DNA of 63,730 nt, the filler included, from Lenisia limosa (lineage: Eukaryota > Protista > Breviatea), in NCBI GenBank assembly GCA_001655205.1. It is 13 parts of 13 records of this genome, joined end to end, with 100 filler letters (N's around TTAATTAATTAA, not from the genome) between each part and the next. Parts side by side here need not be neighbours in the genome. Positions count along the whole stretch, not along the records: positions 3,928 to 17,277 come from LPNZ01011150.1; positions 17,378 to 18,532 come from LPNZ01001991.1; positions 18,633 to 21,769 come from LPNZ01004377.1; positions 21,870 to 34,849 come from LPNZ01005980.1; 9 more parts are not named here. One strand, 5' to 3'. The notes under the pieces are model-generated. The model was not told the origin of the DNA. It was given only the letters and a program-made list of their open reading frames with translations, and did no database searches. The position numbers and the translations under genes are program-made. This document shows, piece after piece, positions 12,969 through 23,985 of this stretch (position 1 is the stretch's first letter; the number at the start of each line of letters is the position of its first letter).

Positions 12969-14237
12969 CAGATCCGCGGAGATATGGTATTTGTGCACCG
13001 CCCATTTTTGCCAACCCTCAATTTTTTATTTTATTTTTCCTCCCTTTTGTTTATATCATGAAAATTGTAAAGACAAGTCATAATGTGAGGGAGTTTAGGC
13101 GCCTAAACGAAAGCTGTTTTGGTGTCTGTGTGACATTTTCTCCTATCTGGAGGCGATGTCTTCCACCTCCACAGCACTGAGGCTCTTGGTGCAGCCATTC
13201 TGGAGGACGAAATGGAGCACCACACCAGAGGAACGAGTAAGTGGGGACATAACTTTAGTAGAAGTGACGTTTCATCATTTTTTGTTGTTTTGCAGAGGTT
13301 CCTCGTTTTACTACTCACTCATTTTTAGTCTGCTCATATTTTGCCTTCAATTTATTAACCTCTTAGGATTTCATACGTGTATATATCTGTTCAAAAAGTG
13401 TATCATCGGCATTATTTTTCATTTTTGGGAAATATAAATAGGTTGTACAAAACCGCGAACATAATTAAAACCATGAACAATCCAAAAATCGATATAAAAC
13501 GTTTCAGTCCCCACAAGAGAAACGCAGATTTTTAAGGAGAATTCGAAAATGGGGAAGTCCATTTTTGGAAAATGTAGTGGTTTAAAGATTGTTTAGTCGA
13601 CTTTTGTAACGGTATTTTCAAGAATTTTCCTTGTTCAGATTATATGTTGCGTCAGTAACCCATTTACCATTCTGGAACGGCACAAAAGGTGAGAGTCAAA
13701 TTAGCTTAATTTATTAACATCTTCTATCATATTTCGCCCATTTTTGGGTAATTTACGCTCATTTTTTGCCCAATTTATCTCGTTGTCTCTACTTATATGC
13801 CTCTAGGTTGCTCAAGAATGGTAAAATTCAAAACTGTTGGTGTAAGAACGTCTTCGCTTTACAGGGACGATTTTAGGCACATAATCCGTGTTTTTAATGT
13901 ATTTTGCATTAAATATTGAAGTCATGAAGGTGGTATTTTGCATGTATATTGATACTCCTGCCTATTCTTTTTGAATAAAACCCTGAAGAAGGGAGTGATT
14001 CGGGCGATAATTTACAACCAATGCGAAAGAGGGGTAAATCAGGAGCGTATTGGACAAAAATTGAAAGAAAAGCCTCCTTTTTTGTTCGCGGATTAAATCA
14101 TGAACTAGATATGTATTGATTCTGAGTTGAGGAAGGTGGAACCACCACCTTAAGAAAAAATACCGTGAAAAGTCAAAAGGGGGGACCTCCGGGAGACCAA
14201 ATTCACGGATTTTTGACATTTAGGTAATTTTCTGAAT

Positions 14238-14920
14238 AATTTCCTTCTAAAAACGTGGACATCATTAAAAACCAATAAAAATATAAAATAATTCCACACA
14301 ATTTACAGGAAAATTGGCGCTGCCCTTTTCTTCAATAATCAGCCCAAATTCTTGCTATGTGATATTTTCCGATGGTTTGAGAATTTTTGAAAGTTGGTGA
14401 AAGTTTTGCAAAAAATATATTTTTTAATTGGGACTAAAAATATTCCAGAAATTCGATACCTGCCTAATTGGGAAAACAGGGTTGTAAAAGTCGGAAAAAC
14501 ATGTTCAAAACTAATAATGATAGTTTTTTTTAAAAAAACCGGCCCCCAAAACCCGTGATACTGACATTTGAAATTTTGTGGAAAATTTGAGAATTTGGAA
14601 ATTTCAGTTACAGTGTTTCTCGAGCCTAGTAGTTATTAAAAAATCCGATTTGACCATTAAAATTTTGGTTGCCTGGCTGTTGGTTTCAGACTCCCAAAAT
14701 AAAAAAAAATATCGAGAAAAAGTTTGGGGAATTCTCTTAACTCAAATTTGAAGATCGCAAGGTATCACAAATAGCATGATTTTTGGCTGATTTTGGTAAA
14801 GGGCCCTGGGTGACCAGCTGGAGTGCCAATTTTCCTGGAAATTTTGTGAAATTGTACAGTTGGTAGTTATTTCATTTTTCCATTTGTTTTTAATGATGTT
14901 CCCGTTTTTAGAAAGAAATT
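14238..14920. mobile_element. ~680-bp foldback element (long imperfect palindrome)
   Basis: Nested reverse-complement blocks: ttccttctaaaaacgtggacatcattaaaaaccaat / atttgtttttaatgatgttcccgtttttagaaagaa; aattccacacaatttacaggaaaattggcgc / gtgccaattttcctggaaattttgtgaaatt; aatcagcccaaattcttgctatgtgata / tatcacaaatagcatgatttttggctgatt. Confidence 0.8.
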
Positions 14921-15163
14921 CATGATATTATACTTTCTTATCATATACTGTACATATTGATATGCAAAATACATTATTGTGAACTGAAATACAATTATAT
15001 TGAAAATTGTTACATATTGTAACGAGAACTCCATTCATGACTTTCTTTTCATATTTTTTCAATTATTTTCAAAAAAAATAATTGCACGGTGATCATTATT
15101 TATCAGATCTTCAGATAGTATATGATATGTTTAGCCATGTTGGTCCCGAGGGAACATAGCGGG

Positions 15164-15251
15164 AGGGATGGGTCGAGACTTTTTGTTAAGGCTCCCAAGG
15201 GATGCCGAGGGAATCCCGAGGAAGAGCCCAACAAAACGTCGAGACCCTTCC
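15164..15251. repeat. GC-rich stem-loop
   Basis: gggtcgagactttttgttaaggctc pairs imperfectly with gagcccaacaaaacgtcgagaccc. Confidence 0.6.
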
Positions 15252-15289
15252 AAGGGCGGTCCCGTGTGTACATGGGCGATCATATATCT

Positions 15290-16360
15290 ATGGGATTTTT
15301 GAGAGGCATCATTTTCCCAGGGAATTTTGTCATTTACCTGTCATTCATTCAGCAAAAAGTATTATACTCCCTTTTCTGAAAAGGGTGGCAAAGGGGGACT
15401 TCCAACATGATGTCTACGTTCGATTTTCCCTCCCATGATCTGTTTAACCATCTTTCCGCTTTTCCATCCTGTTTTCCTTCTAGATTAATATAAAGTGTTG
15501 TTAACTTTTGTTTTTCTCAATTTGAAGACAACAAGAATGAATCACTAAAAAAAAACCCAATTTTATTGTTATTAAAGTAGATAAAAGTGAACCTGTTCAC
15601 CCTTTTTCTACTATTTAAGCAGCAGCTTTTCTTTTTGAATTCCTCTTTTCAAACTTTCGAAAATGTTACTTTTTCGAACGCTCTTTGGTCGTGAACAAAG
15701 CAGTCTTACTTGGTGAATTCTTCTCAGGTGTGTTTGGTTCTTGATTTGTCTTTTTTTGAAGCATTTACTAATTCCCTTAGATGTCGTTTTCAACCCAAGC
15801 TTTGATCTGTTTCACGCTTTTTAAGGAGTTTTAGACCGCTTTTGTCAAACTTTCTTCCTAGAAGGTGTGCCTTCTTTCTTATTTTCTTCTGTTCTTTGCT
15901 GAATAAAGCAAAAACGACTCTTTTAACCAGAAACAATTACTAATCACTCTAGGCACTCGCCATGAAATTCGCTGACCGCAACACAATGTGCTTTTGATGG
16001 CGACTTCAATTTTGGGGTGATCATCAGGATCTTCTGTTTTCTTGCTTTTGTTTTTTTTTGTTTTGTTCATTTGAGTGTGTTGCTCTTTCTCTCCTCCTCA
16101 TCTCTCTTAATAATTCAATGTAACCATGGTCAAAATACTACCAAAATGCGGTTTCACTCTCCTCTCCCATCCCTGATATTAAATTGTAGCGATCGGCAAT
16201 TTTTTTTTTGTGATATTGACTGAAAAATACCTCTTCTAAGGGAAAAACATCATTTTTTGGGCAAAAAAATATAAAAGTACTGGGGAGAAATGTCATTTTC
16301 CCGTCAAAAATGACAAAAGTTACAGGGAAAATAATGCCGAAAAACAATCCCATGGGTACA
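15290..16360. mobile_element. ~1.1-kb element with imperfect ~50-bp inverted ends enclosing a decayed minus-strand reading frame
   Basis: atgggatttttgagaggcatcattttcccagggaattttgtcattt versus the reverse complement of aaatgacaaaagttacagggaaaataatgccgaaaaacaatcccat. The internal frame KKIRKKAHLLGRKFDKSGLKLLKKRETDQSLG*KRHLRELVN... is broken mainly by TGA. Confidence 0.5.
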
Positions 16361-16427
16361 TGATTGTGTCTTTCTAAAGCTAGCAAAGAAAAAAACAATT
16401 TACTTTTGCTTTCCTCCCACTTTCAAT

Positions 16428-16582
16428 AGCTGCAGGTGCTTCTGCAGGTACAGGGCCAAGTATTAGGGCATCAGAATCAGCAGGTACATCAGCAACAACA
16501 AGTACAGGTCCATCAGTAGGTGCAGGGCCAGGAGCATCAGCAGATACAGGTGCAGGGCCAGAAACAGGTGCTGGTGCAGCAG
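16428..16582 (-). repeat. Degenerate tandem repeat reading APAPVSGPAPVSADAPGPAP on the minus strand
   Basis: Recurrent gcaggtacagggcca / gcaggtgct units. Coding status not established. Confidence 0.55.
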
Positions 16583-17397
16583 AGAGAGCTAAATACAAAT
16601 GAACAAAAAGCATGTACATGTACATATGATATGACATACATAATTATACATGTAGTATGTCTCATATATCAGATTTTTATGGACCACCGGACCATATTCA
16701 ACATGAGAGGTATTTCGCAAAATAAAAGCCCTTTCCCGTCATTTTTTAAAAACGTCTCGAGATGGACACTCCAGGTATATTTACACCTTCATTTTTGAAA
16801 AATTCATTATTCATCCTCTACAAAGTCTATGCTTCGATTAGTCCCTTTTGATTATTTTTACTCCTTCAATAGCTCAGGAAGAAGTAGTTAAGTTAATGAG
16901 TCCCTTTTCAAGGACAAACTTGTGTTCGATGTTACTCCTTATTGGGTGTTTTAATGGATAAAACGAAGAAATCTAAGCTACTCTTCTTGGCTGATCATAA
17001 AGAATCTGAGTGATATTAGACCTGTCTCAGCCTTACCTCCTTTTCTTCCAAACAGAACACTGGGATATTGAAAGAAGTTGACCCTTCATCCACGAGGTAT
17101 TTATAATATAACTCTCCCTTTTTTGTAGTTTTAACTTCTTCAGGTTTATTGTGTCCAATCTGACTTTTAAAGTGTAAGGACTTTCTTTTGCAAGACAATT
17201 AAAAGCCAATATATCATCAGACCACATCTCGATGTTGTCACCTTTCTTATCGAGAAATGCCTCCCATATCATTTGCGNNNNNNNNNNNNNNNNNNNNNNN
17301 NNNNNNNNNNNNNNNNNNNNNTTAATTAATTAANNNNNNNNNNNNNNNNNNNNNNNNNNNNNNNNNNNNNNNNNNNNGGGGGGGGGGGCAAGGCATT

Positions 17398-17493
17398 TAG
17401 GGTTGCACTTCGGTTCGAGAAAAGACTGGAGTCGATAAAACCTCGAGAATTATCGATATTTTACCGATCGTTTTCGAACCGAAGTGAAACCAA
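17398..17493. mobile_element. hAT-like MITE family A
   Basis: tagggttgcacttcggttcgaga ... ttttcgaaccgaagtgaaacc. Confidence 0.85.
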
Positions 17494-17864
17494 GTTTGCA
17501 TGCCACAGATTTTGAGATGTTTTGCATTTGGGGGAGGGGGGGGTAACCTGTCGTGTTTTTTTGTTTTTGTGTTCACTTACTTTTACCCCTCTTTCAGATT
17601 ATCAACCTTTGTACCCCCCCTTTTTTTTTTAATTACTTTGCGTTTTGATTAACACAATTTTTACTCTGCTTTTAGATTAGCAAAGCTTTACTCCTTGAGA
17701 TTATCAATTCATTTACTCTGCCTTTAACAAATAATTTTAATGTGTCTTAGATTAACAACATTCGTCGAGACATTCATGGATTGGTCCAACTGATTCAAGA
17801 ACCCAATAAACTCAAGGCAAAGTGAGAAAGGGGGATGATGATGTTGTTGGTGATGGTGTGGTGA

Positions 17865-17896
17865 GGTGATGGTGATGGTGATGGTGATGGTGATGG

Positions 17897-17940
<44 letters not shown>

Positions 17941-17945
17941 TTGAT
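17865..17945. repeat. (GGTGAT)n(GAT)n microsatellite in intronic sequence
   Basis: Read directly from the sequence. Confidence 0.95.
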
Positions 17946-18003
17946 GGTGTTATGAAAATTCGTGTAACATAATTTTTTTCAATTTTACTCCCCCTTTTCC
18001 CAG

Positions 18004-18312
18004 GCTTAGAGAAGTCCACAGCAAACACGTCCAAAACGCCTCCGAAAAGACCACAGAAGATGATGTTGACCAGGAGCATGGGAGACAGCGCGAGTTTTTG
18101 GAGAGGAGGTTGAGGGACATTTGTGGGATCATAAATATGCAAATATCTAAGGCTTTCCAACGATCCACAACCCATGCAACGGCCTCTCCTTTTTCCCAAT
18201 ATAAACCCTCACAATTTAGTGTGACTTCTCTACGGCAGAAGTTGGAACGGGATGCCCACTTACACCGGGCAGACAACGTCAGAATATTACAGGAAAATGT
18301 GGCCCTTATCAA
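18004..18312 (+). CDS. CFAP57: Cilia- and flagella-associated protein 57 (WDR65), two C-terminal coiled-coil exons
   Basis: Exons 18004-18108 and 18220-18312 splice to DDVDQEHGRQREFLERSVTSLRQKLERDAHLHRADNVRILQENVALI. This matches the conserved CFAP57 motif RQREhLE...HRxDxxRImQENxxLIkEI. Confidence 0.85.
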
Positions 18313-18352
18313 GTGGGACGAGGGGGATATTTAACGGATGATTGGATGTAAA

Positions 18353-18452
18353 TAAGGCTTCACTTCGGTTCGAAAAAAGACTGAATCTCTCGAAAAATCC
18401 TCGAAAACTATCGTTATTTTGCTGGTCTTTTTCGAACCGAAGTGAAACCCTA
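18353..18452. mobile_element. hAT-like MITE family A, full length (100 bp)
   Basis: TIRs taaggcttcacttcggttcgaaaaaa / tttttcgaaccgaagtgaaacccta; flanks gatgtaaa / gatgtgta (6/8). Confidence 0.9.
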
Positions 18453-19689
18453 GATGTGTACTATCCGTTATTGTTTTAACAATATTACATACGCTGGTAT
18501 GATGGGATGTGTGCTGCAGAAGCGGGTGGCCTNNNNNNNNNNNNNNNNNNNNNNNNNNNNNNNNNNNNNNNNNNNNTTAATTAATTAANNNNNNNNNNNN
18601 NNNNNNNNNNNNNNNNNNNNNNNNNNNNNNNNCAAACAAAGCCTAGGCCGGTCATTTCTGCAGCACTGCTTCCCATCACGGTAAAATTGAGATAATTTAT
18701 GGAGAGAGGGTAATACATATGATGTATCATATCTCTCATCTTGGTAATACTATTCAGTCGACACTTCAAATTTTGACAATAATTATCTTGACCCTTCCAC
18801 ACCGAAAAATTGAAAAAAGTGATCACTATGCATAAACAACTAACACGCATAATAGTACTTCCTGAATATGATACGGCAAGCAGAGAGTACAGCACCCTAC
18901 AAGAACACTAATAATTAAGTTTATTTTGGCTGTATACCTTCAGTGGAAAGATAATAAATAACTTTTATCAAACAACCATCTTTTCCAGATTTCAGAAATA
19001 TTCCAGAATACGCCAGAGCCACATTCAATGAATTCTCAGCCCCTCTAAAACCAACCAGAAGAAGAGTTGTTCGTTGCTGTTGAGGCTTCAGGCTTCGGCT
19101 CACTATCTTTCATTCCGTCAGGCTTAGGGAGATGTGCGTTTGTTTCGTAGAGGGTTACGAGATCGCTCTTCTCAACCACACCAGCCATACTTACTCCTAG
19201 GGAGGGAGGTAAGATATGAGGACTTTGTTAGATATTTAGCATCTTAATGCTAAAATAGTGTTTATTGATCAGTAAGGGCCTAAGGGCAGACCTCTTTCGT
19301 TCAGAAAAGATTTCATTTCTTTGATTGACGGCATTGCGAATATGGAAGTTATAATAAGAACAAGTGTCACTATGCTAAGTGTTATATTTCCGGTCATCTC
19401 ACATTTGAAACACAATTGTTTTACTTAAATACTAGTTTCGAAATTATTCGATATATTTCGATAATTATTCCTTTTTATCCAATTTAGGAAACGATAACGG
19501 TCTTTATCCATCGTTCTTTATTGGAATAACTGAACAGATCTGATTATTTGTCCGACAGAAGCGGATTGTCCACAATGCCGCGAAAAGGGTTGGCTCCTCT
19601 TGCTCTGTTGCTTTTGTTGCACCGTTATTTATCTTACATAAACATAGAAAATGATAATTTATCACCCCGATTGCTGAATAACCCTCTAA

Positions 19690-20300
19690 CTTACCTTGTC
19701 TTCTTTATGTTGTTGGTGGAGGTGATCCTCCAAGTGCTGAACCTCCTCCTCACAACTTTTGGTCCCAACATTATCTGCTATGTAATTTTTTGAATTAATA
19801 TTTGAATCTTTCGATTCCCTTTGGACTTTCAACTATCAATCTGCTTTCCCCTCTTTCCTGATATCATTGTTCCTCTGCTCCGACTTTATGAAACACTTTA
19901 TCAAACCTCAAAAAGATCATATTTTTATGGATTCAAAACAGTGATCAATAAATGCTTCCAGAAAACAAGACGCTGTAGGAATAATGACTGGAGAATTTGA
20001 ACTGTTTTGTCTTCACACGTGGTGGTCTTCGGCCTGAAACTATCATTTAAAACATAATGCGGGATATTATCAAAGCGTGGTTTTTATTTAGGCAATTATT
20101 TTTGATGTAAGAGAGCAATGATTTCGAGGCACAGATTTTGAATTCTTTTGAGCAAAATTTATGGATAGATGATTACGTAAATGATCTTGGAGATCTGCTT
20201 ATTAGCGGGTTTTAGTTCGAGAAAAATATCACGGATATTGGAACACAAACTTAAGGTTATGTCATCTTTTAACCACTTTTTACAAGAATTTAAAGATGAT
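19690..20300 (+). pseudogene. Intronless decayed reading frame of unknown origin
   Basis: A protein-like frame (...KHFIKPQKDHIFMDSKQ*SINASRKQDAVGIMTGEFELFCLHTWW...FDVREQ*FRGTDFEFF*AKFMDR*LRK*...) broken mostly by TGA. No homology recognised. Confidence 0.35.
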
Positions 20301-20628
20301 TATGGGCAGTATGATTTTTAACTCTTGTTCTCTTGTGACAATTTCCCTAAATCTAAATCACGCAAGTTACGCTCGGTTATGGGTCTTTTTGTCCTTCGAC
20401 CGAGCCAGGTTTTGGAACTATAACCTGATTTAGCAGGGTTTCATTTGTAGACTCAGATTATGCCGGGTTTTTAGTCATTTAATTTTCCTATTAGAAGCTC
20501 CAATTTGATGAGAAGCTTTTTTTTATTTATCTTGCAAAGAATTGTTTCTGTTTACCCCCCCCCCCCGTAAACAGTAGTACATACTCATATCATATAGTAT
20601 ATATAGCCCCCCTCCACGTTGAAGTGAT

Positions 20629-20757
20629 GTGAGGCGGTGCTACAGAAGCGACTGTTCAGGGCTTTGTTTATTTTGTTGTTATCAACCCCTGTGTGTTGTC
20701 AGCCAACAGAGTTGATTTTGTTTCCTAAATTTTCCAATTTTACACCCCTTCCGCCAG
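20629..20757 (+). mobile_element. Intron-shaped repeat family I, complete copy (GTGAGG...CCAG, 129 nt)
   Basis: gtgaggcggtgctacagaagcgactg...gggctttgtttattttgttgttatcaacccctgtgtgttgtcagccaacagagttgattttgtttcctaaattttccaattttacaccccttccgccag. Homologous copies occur elsewhere in the window. Confidence 0.75.
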
Positions 20758-21672
20758 ACTGATGATCAGCGAGTCCGACTCGGATAATGACACAGGCCCC
20801 ATGGTTCCAGCAACCACGAGTCCAAAACTCTTCTTGAGACTCTCAAACGCCCCATCTCCGTAGGCTTTGTCACCCCCAGGTTTAATGTTTTTTTTCTCTA
20901 GGGCTTCACTTTGATCTAGAAAATGATCGATTTTTTTTTTACATTTACTATGTACATGTAGTATATAATTTATGTAATTTATATGTATCAGAAATGATAT
21001 GTACTCTTTTTATGTCGCTATTCCATATGATACTATATATTATCGACGTCCCTACAAGAAATGGGATGCGGTGCTGCAGAAGCGGCTGGTTTGTTTTGTT
21101 GTTATTAACCCTCGTGTGTCGTCAGCCATGTGAGTTGATTTGGGTTTTTTTGTTTCATAACTTTCCTCNNNNNNNNNNNNNNNNNNNNNNNNNNNNNNNN
21201 NNNNNNNNNNNNNNNNNNNNNNNNNNNNNNNNNNNNNNNNNNNNNNNNNNNNNNNNNNNNGCCCAGCCACCCGCCAGTATGCTGCGCCGATCTTTTTGAT
21301 CTATATATGTACATGTATGTACATATATGCATATGTATTTTAATAGTCCCAACCACCCTTTTTTTTCTCTCCTGTCAATATATCTAATACTGTTTTGTCT
21401 CCTTTAATACAGAAACGACGAAGGAACTGGAGACATTCGGTAGCCTTTAAAACATAGATTTTATTATTATTTTTTTTCAATATATCATGTCAAGTTTGCC
21501 TTTTACATAGAGATTAGTTTATTTTTATAATAATTATAATAAATGAAATGTAAAGTCTAACGTTTCAGTCTCTTTTAAGACAGAAACGCTCCCTCCGGAA
21601 CCCTCTCCGCCATCATCATCAACGTCATCGTCGTCCGGGACAAAGTTGAACCTCAGACGCAGTCGTAGACAG
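20758..21672 (+). CDS. Exons of an unknown Ser/Pro-rich protein (partial)
   Basis: Open exons bounded by AG/GT at ~20758-20860, ~21412-21440 and ~21583-21672 (ETLPPEPSPPSSSTSSSSGTKLNLRRSRRQ). Frame of the first exon is uncertain. Confidence 0.4.
21060..21168 (+). mobile_element. Intron-shaped repeat family I copy (runs into a gap)
   Basis: gatgcggtgctgcagaagcggctggtttgttttgttgttattaaccctcgtgtgtcgtcagccatgtgagttgatttgggttttttgtttcataa. Confidence 0.8.
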
Positions 21673-21942
21673 GTACAGGGTGGGGGTATGCATATGATAT
21701 TGTGTACACAGAGTTGTAAGGCAAATGATTGGGTGAATAATTATGATACTATATCATTCAATATCTCTTNNNNNNNNNNNNNNNNNNNNNNNNNNNNNNN
21801 NNNNNNNNNNNNNTTAATTAATTAANNNNNNNNNNNNNNNNNNNNNNNNNNNNNNNNNNNNNNNNNNNNTGAATATATAGTAATTGTATATGACTCCACT
21901 ATCTCCATCATAGTAGTACTATGTGGCGCGTAACTCTCTCAG

Positions 21943-22017
21943 AAAAACGCAGTATCTGCTCCAAAGAAGCGTAGGCGTAAGAGGAAACCGCTTTTCTACA
22001 AAAAGAAAAATGCCTAA
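21943..22017 (+). CDS. Terminal exon of an unknown gene with a basic NLS-like tail
   Basis: ctctcag|KNAVSAPKKRRRKRKPLFYKKKNA*. Confidence 0.45.
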   Translation, partial: KNAVSAPKKRRRKRKPLFYKKKNA

Positions 22018-22217
22018 GTGTATTTCTCTTGGTTCTTTCGTGTGTATTGATTCTACGGTGTAGTATATTTGTTCCAATTCTAGTTTATTGCTTCAATGAA
22101 GATGTTTTCTATTCAAGAATGTGACCTAAATATTGGCTTTATAATCTTTGTAACTAACTTCCATGACAAATGATGGGGAAACATGAATAAGAAATATAGA
22201 AAACAATAAAAAAAACG

Positions 22218-23769
22218 CTAGAAGTTAGCCTTCTCGAACTTCTTCATGAAAGCAACAAGGGCATCAGCACCCTCAGTAGGCATACCGTTGTAGACGGAAG
22301 CACGGAAGCCACCCATGGTCTGAAAGTGTAAACAAAACAAGAAGAGTGAGTGTAAACAATAGCCAAAAAAACGCAATTCTCCACATACACGGTAGCCCTT
22401 GAGGTTGGCAAGGCCCTCCTTCTTGGCCTCCTCGAGGAACTTCTTGACGAGGTCCTCGTTGACGGTGGAGAAGTTGAAAGGGATGTTGATACGAGAACGG
22501 TCCTCCTTGGCAACGTGAGCGACGTAGTTGGGAGACTCGTCGATGAAGTTGTAGATGGTGTCAGCAATGTATTTGTGGCGCTTCTCCATCTCGGCAACAC
22601 CGCCGATCTCCTTGATGTACTTGAAGTTCTCACCGCAGATGTACCAGGAAAGAGTGGGGGGAGTGTTCTTCATGGAGTCAGCATCAGCCATGACCTTGTA
22701 GTTCATGACAGTGGGGGTAAGGGCGTGAGCCTTGCCGAGGAGGTCCTCACGGATGATGACGATGACGACACCAGCGGGGCCGCAGTTCTTCTGGGCACCA
22801 GCGTAGATCATGCCAAACTTGGAAACGTCGAACTCCTTTAATGATGATGGGTTGAATGAATAATTAAGGCAAAATAAATAATATCACGTGTTAATTTCAC
22901 ACTAACCTTGGAGAGGAGGTTGGAAGACATATCAGCAATGAGAGTCTTGCCTTCAGGAACCTCGGGGATCTTGTGGTACTCAACACCTCAAAAGTCAGAA
23001 TTGAAAAGTGATCTGAGAGAGAAAAAAAAACGCGCTTCCAAAAAAAAGAGGGAGGGGGGCAGAAGAACCTACCATGGACAGTCTCGTTGTCACAGTAGTG
23101 AACGAAAGCGGAGTCCTCAGAGAGTTTCCAGTCCTCAGGCTTGGGGGCAAACTCGAAGAGTCCCTTGTCGTTCTTGGAGGAAGCAGCAACGTTAACCTCG
23201 CAGTACTTCTTACCCTGAAAATATGTAAGAAGAATAAACTAATGCAAGCAGAGAAGAAAGAAAAGGAGGCGAGACAGAAATAATGTTTTCAAAAAGAGTG
23301 AAACGGTTCATACCTCCTTGATGGCGTTGGAAGACCAGTTTCCAGACTCAACGTAGTCAGCCTTCTTGGCATCACCGAGAAGATTCATGGGAATGGCAGA
23401 GAACTGGCCAAAAGCACCGCCTTGAAGGAAAAGGACCTTGTAGTTGTCGGGAACCTTACTATAGTGTGTAAGAACACCATTTCAAAAGGGCAATAAAGAA
23501 ATAGAAAAAAAAAAGGAATCTTACAGAAGTTCGCGAAGGTTTTTCTCAGCTTCGTTGGCAATGTTGAGGTAGTCCTTGGATCTGTGGGACATCTCCATCA
23601 CGGAGGTGCCAGTGTCTAAATTTGTGAACAAAACCAAAAAAAAAGATTAAATCTCACTGTTGTAGTTCATGAAGCTTTCCTGAACGCGCTTGACAACAGT
23701 CTCAGGGAGCATGGAGGGTCCAGCAGAGAAGTTGTAGACACGTCCTTCGGTAAGAGGGGGGCAGTTCAT
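22218..23769 (-). CDS. PSAT1: Phosphoserine aminotransferase (SerC/PSAT1)
   Basis: [79 protein letters not shown] with the PLP lysine, NTPPT and GGFRASVYN. Complete spliced gene. Confidence 0.97.
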
Positions 23770-23985
23770 CTTTAATATTCAAAAAGTAGAGGATTCTCAA
23801 AAAACAAATCTTTTCATAAAAAGCAAGGAACCCGTGGATTACCCCGAAAAAAGAACAATCTAGAACCATCTAGAAAATTAACGCTGTGGATCAAAAGATC
23901 GGTTTCCCGCCCTCCCTTGGTTTTTGCCTCAATTCATTCATATTTACCAGATATTTACATATTTATTAATTTAAATAACAGCACA
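23770..23985. promoter_or_regulatory. Putative bidirectional promoter between PSAT1 and thioredoxin
   Basis: 216-bp gap between divergent ATGs. Inferred from geometry only. Confidence 0.5.

Noticed and set aside
17795-18312. Minus-strand ORFs with poly-Ser/SP tracts
   Set aside because: The tracts are the (GAT)n microsatellite. The real coding signal is CFAP57 on the plus strand.
22244-23283. Overlapping ORFs from the track at the PSAT1 locus (22244..22633, 22515..22841, 22908..23195, 23074..23283)
   Set aside because: They are alternative-frame or antisense shadows of codon-biased PSAT1 exons.
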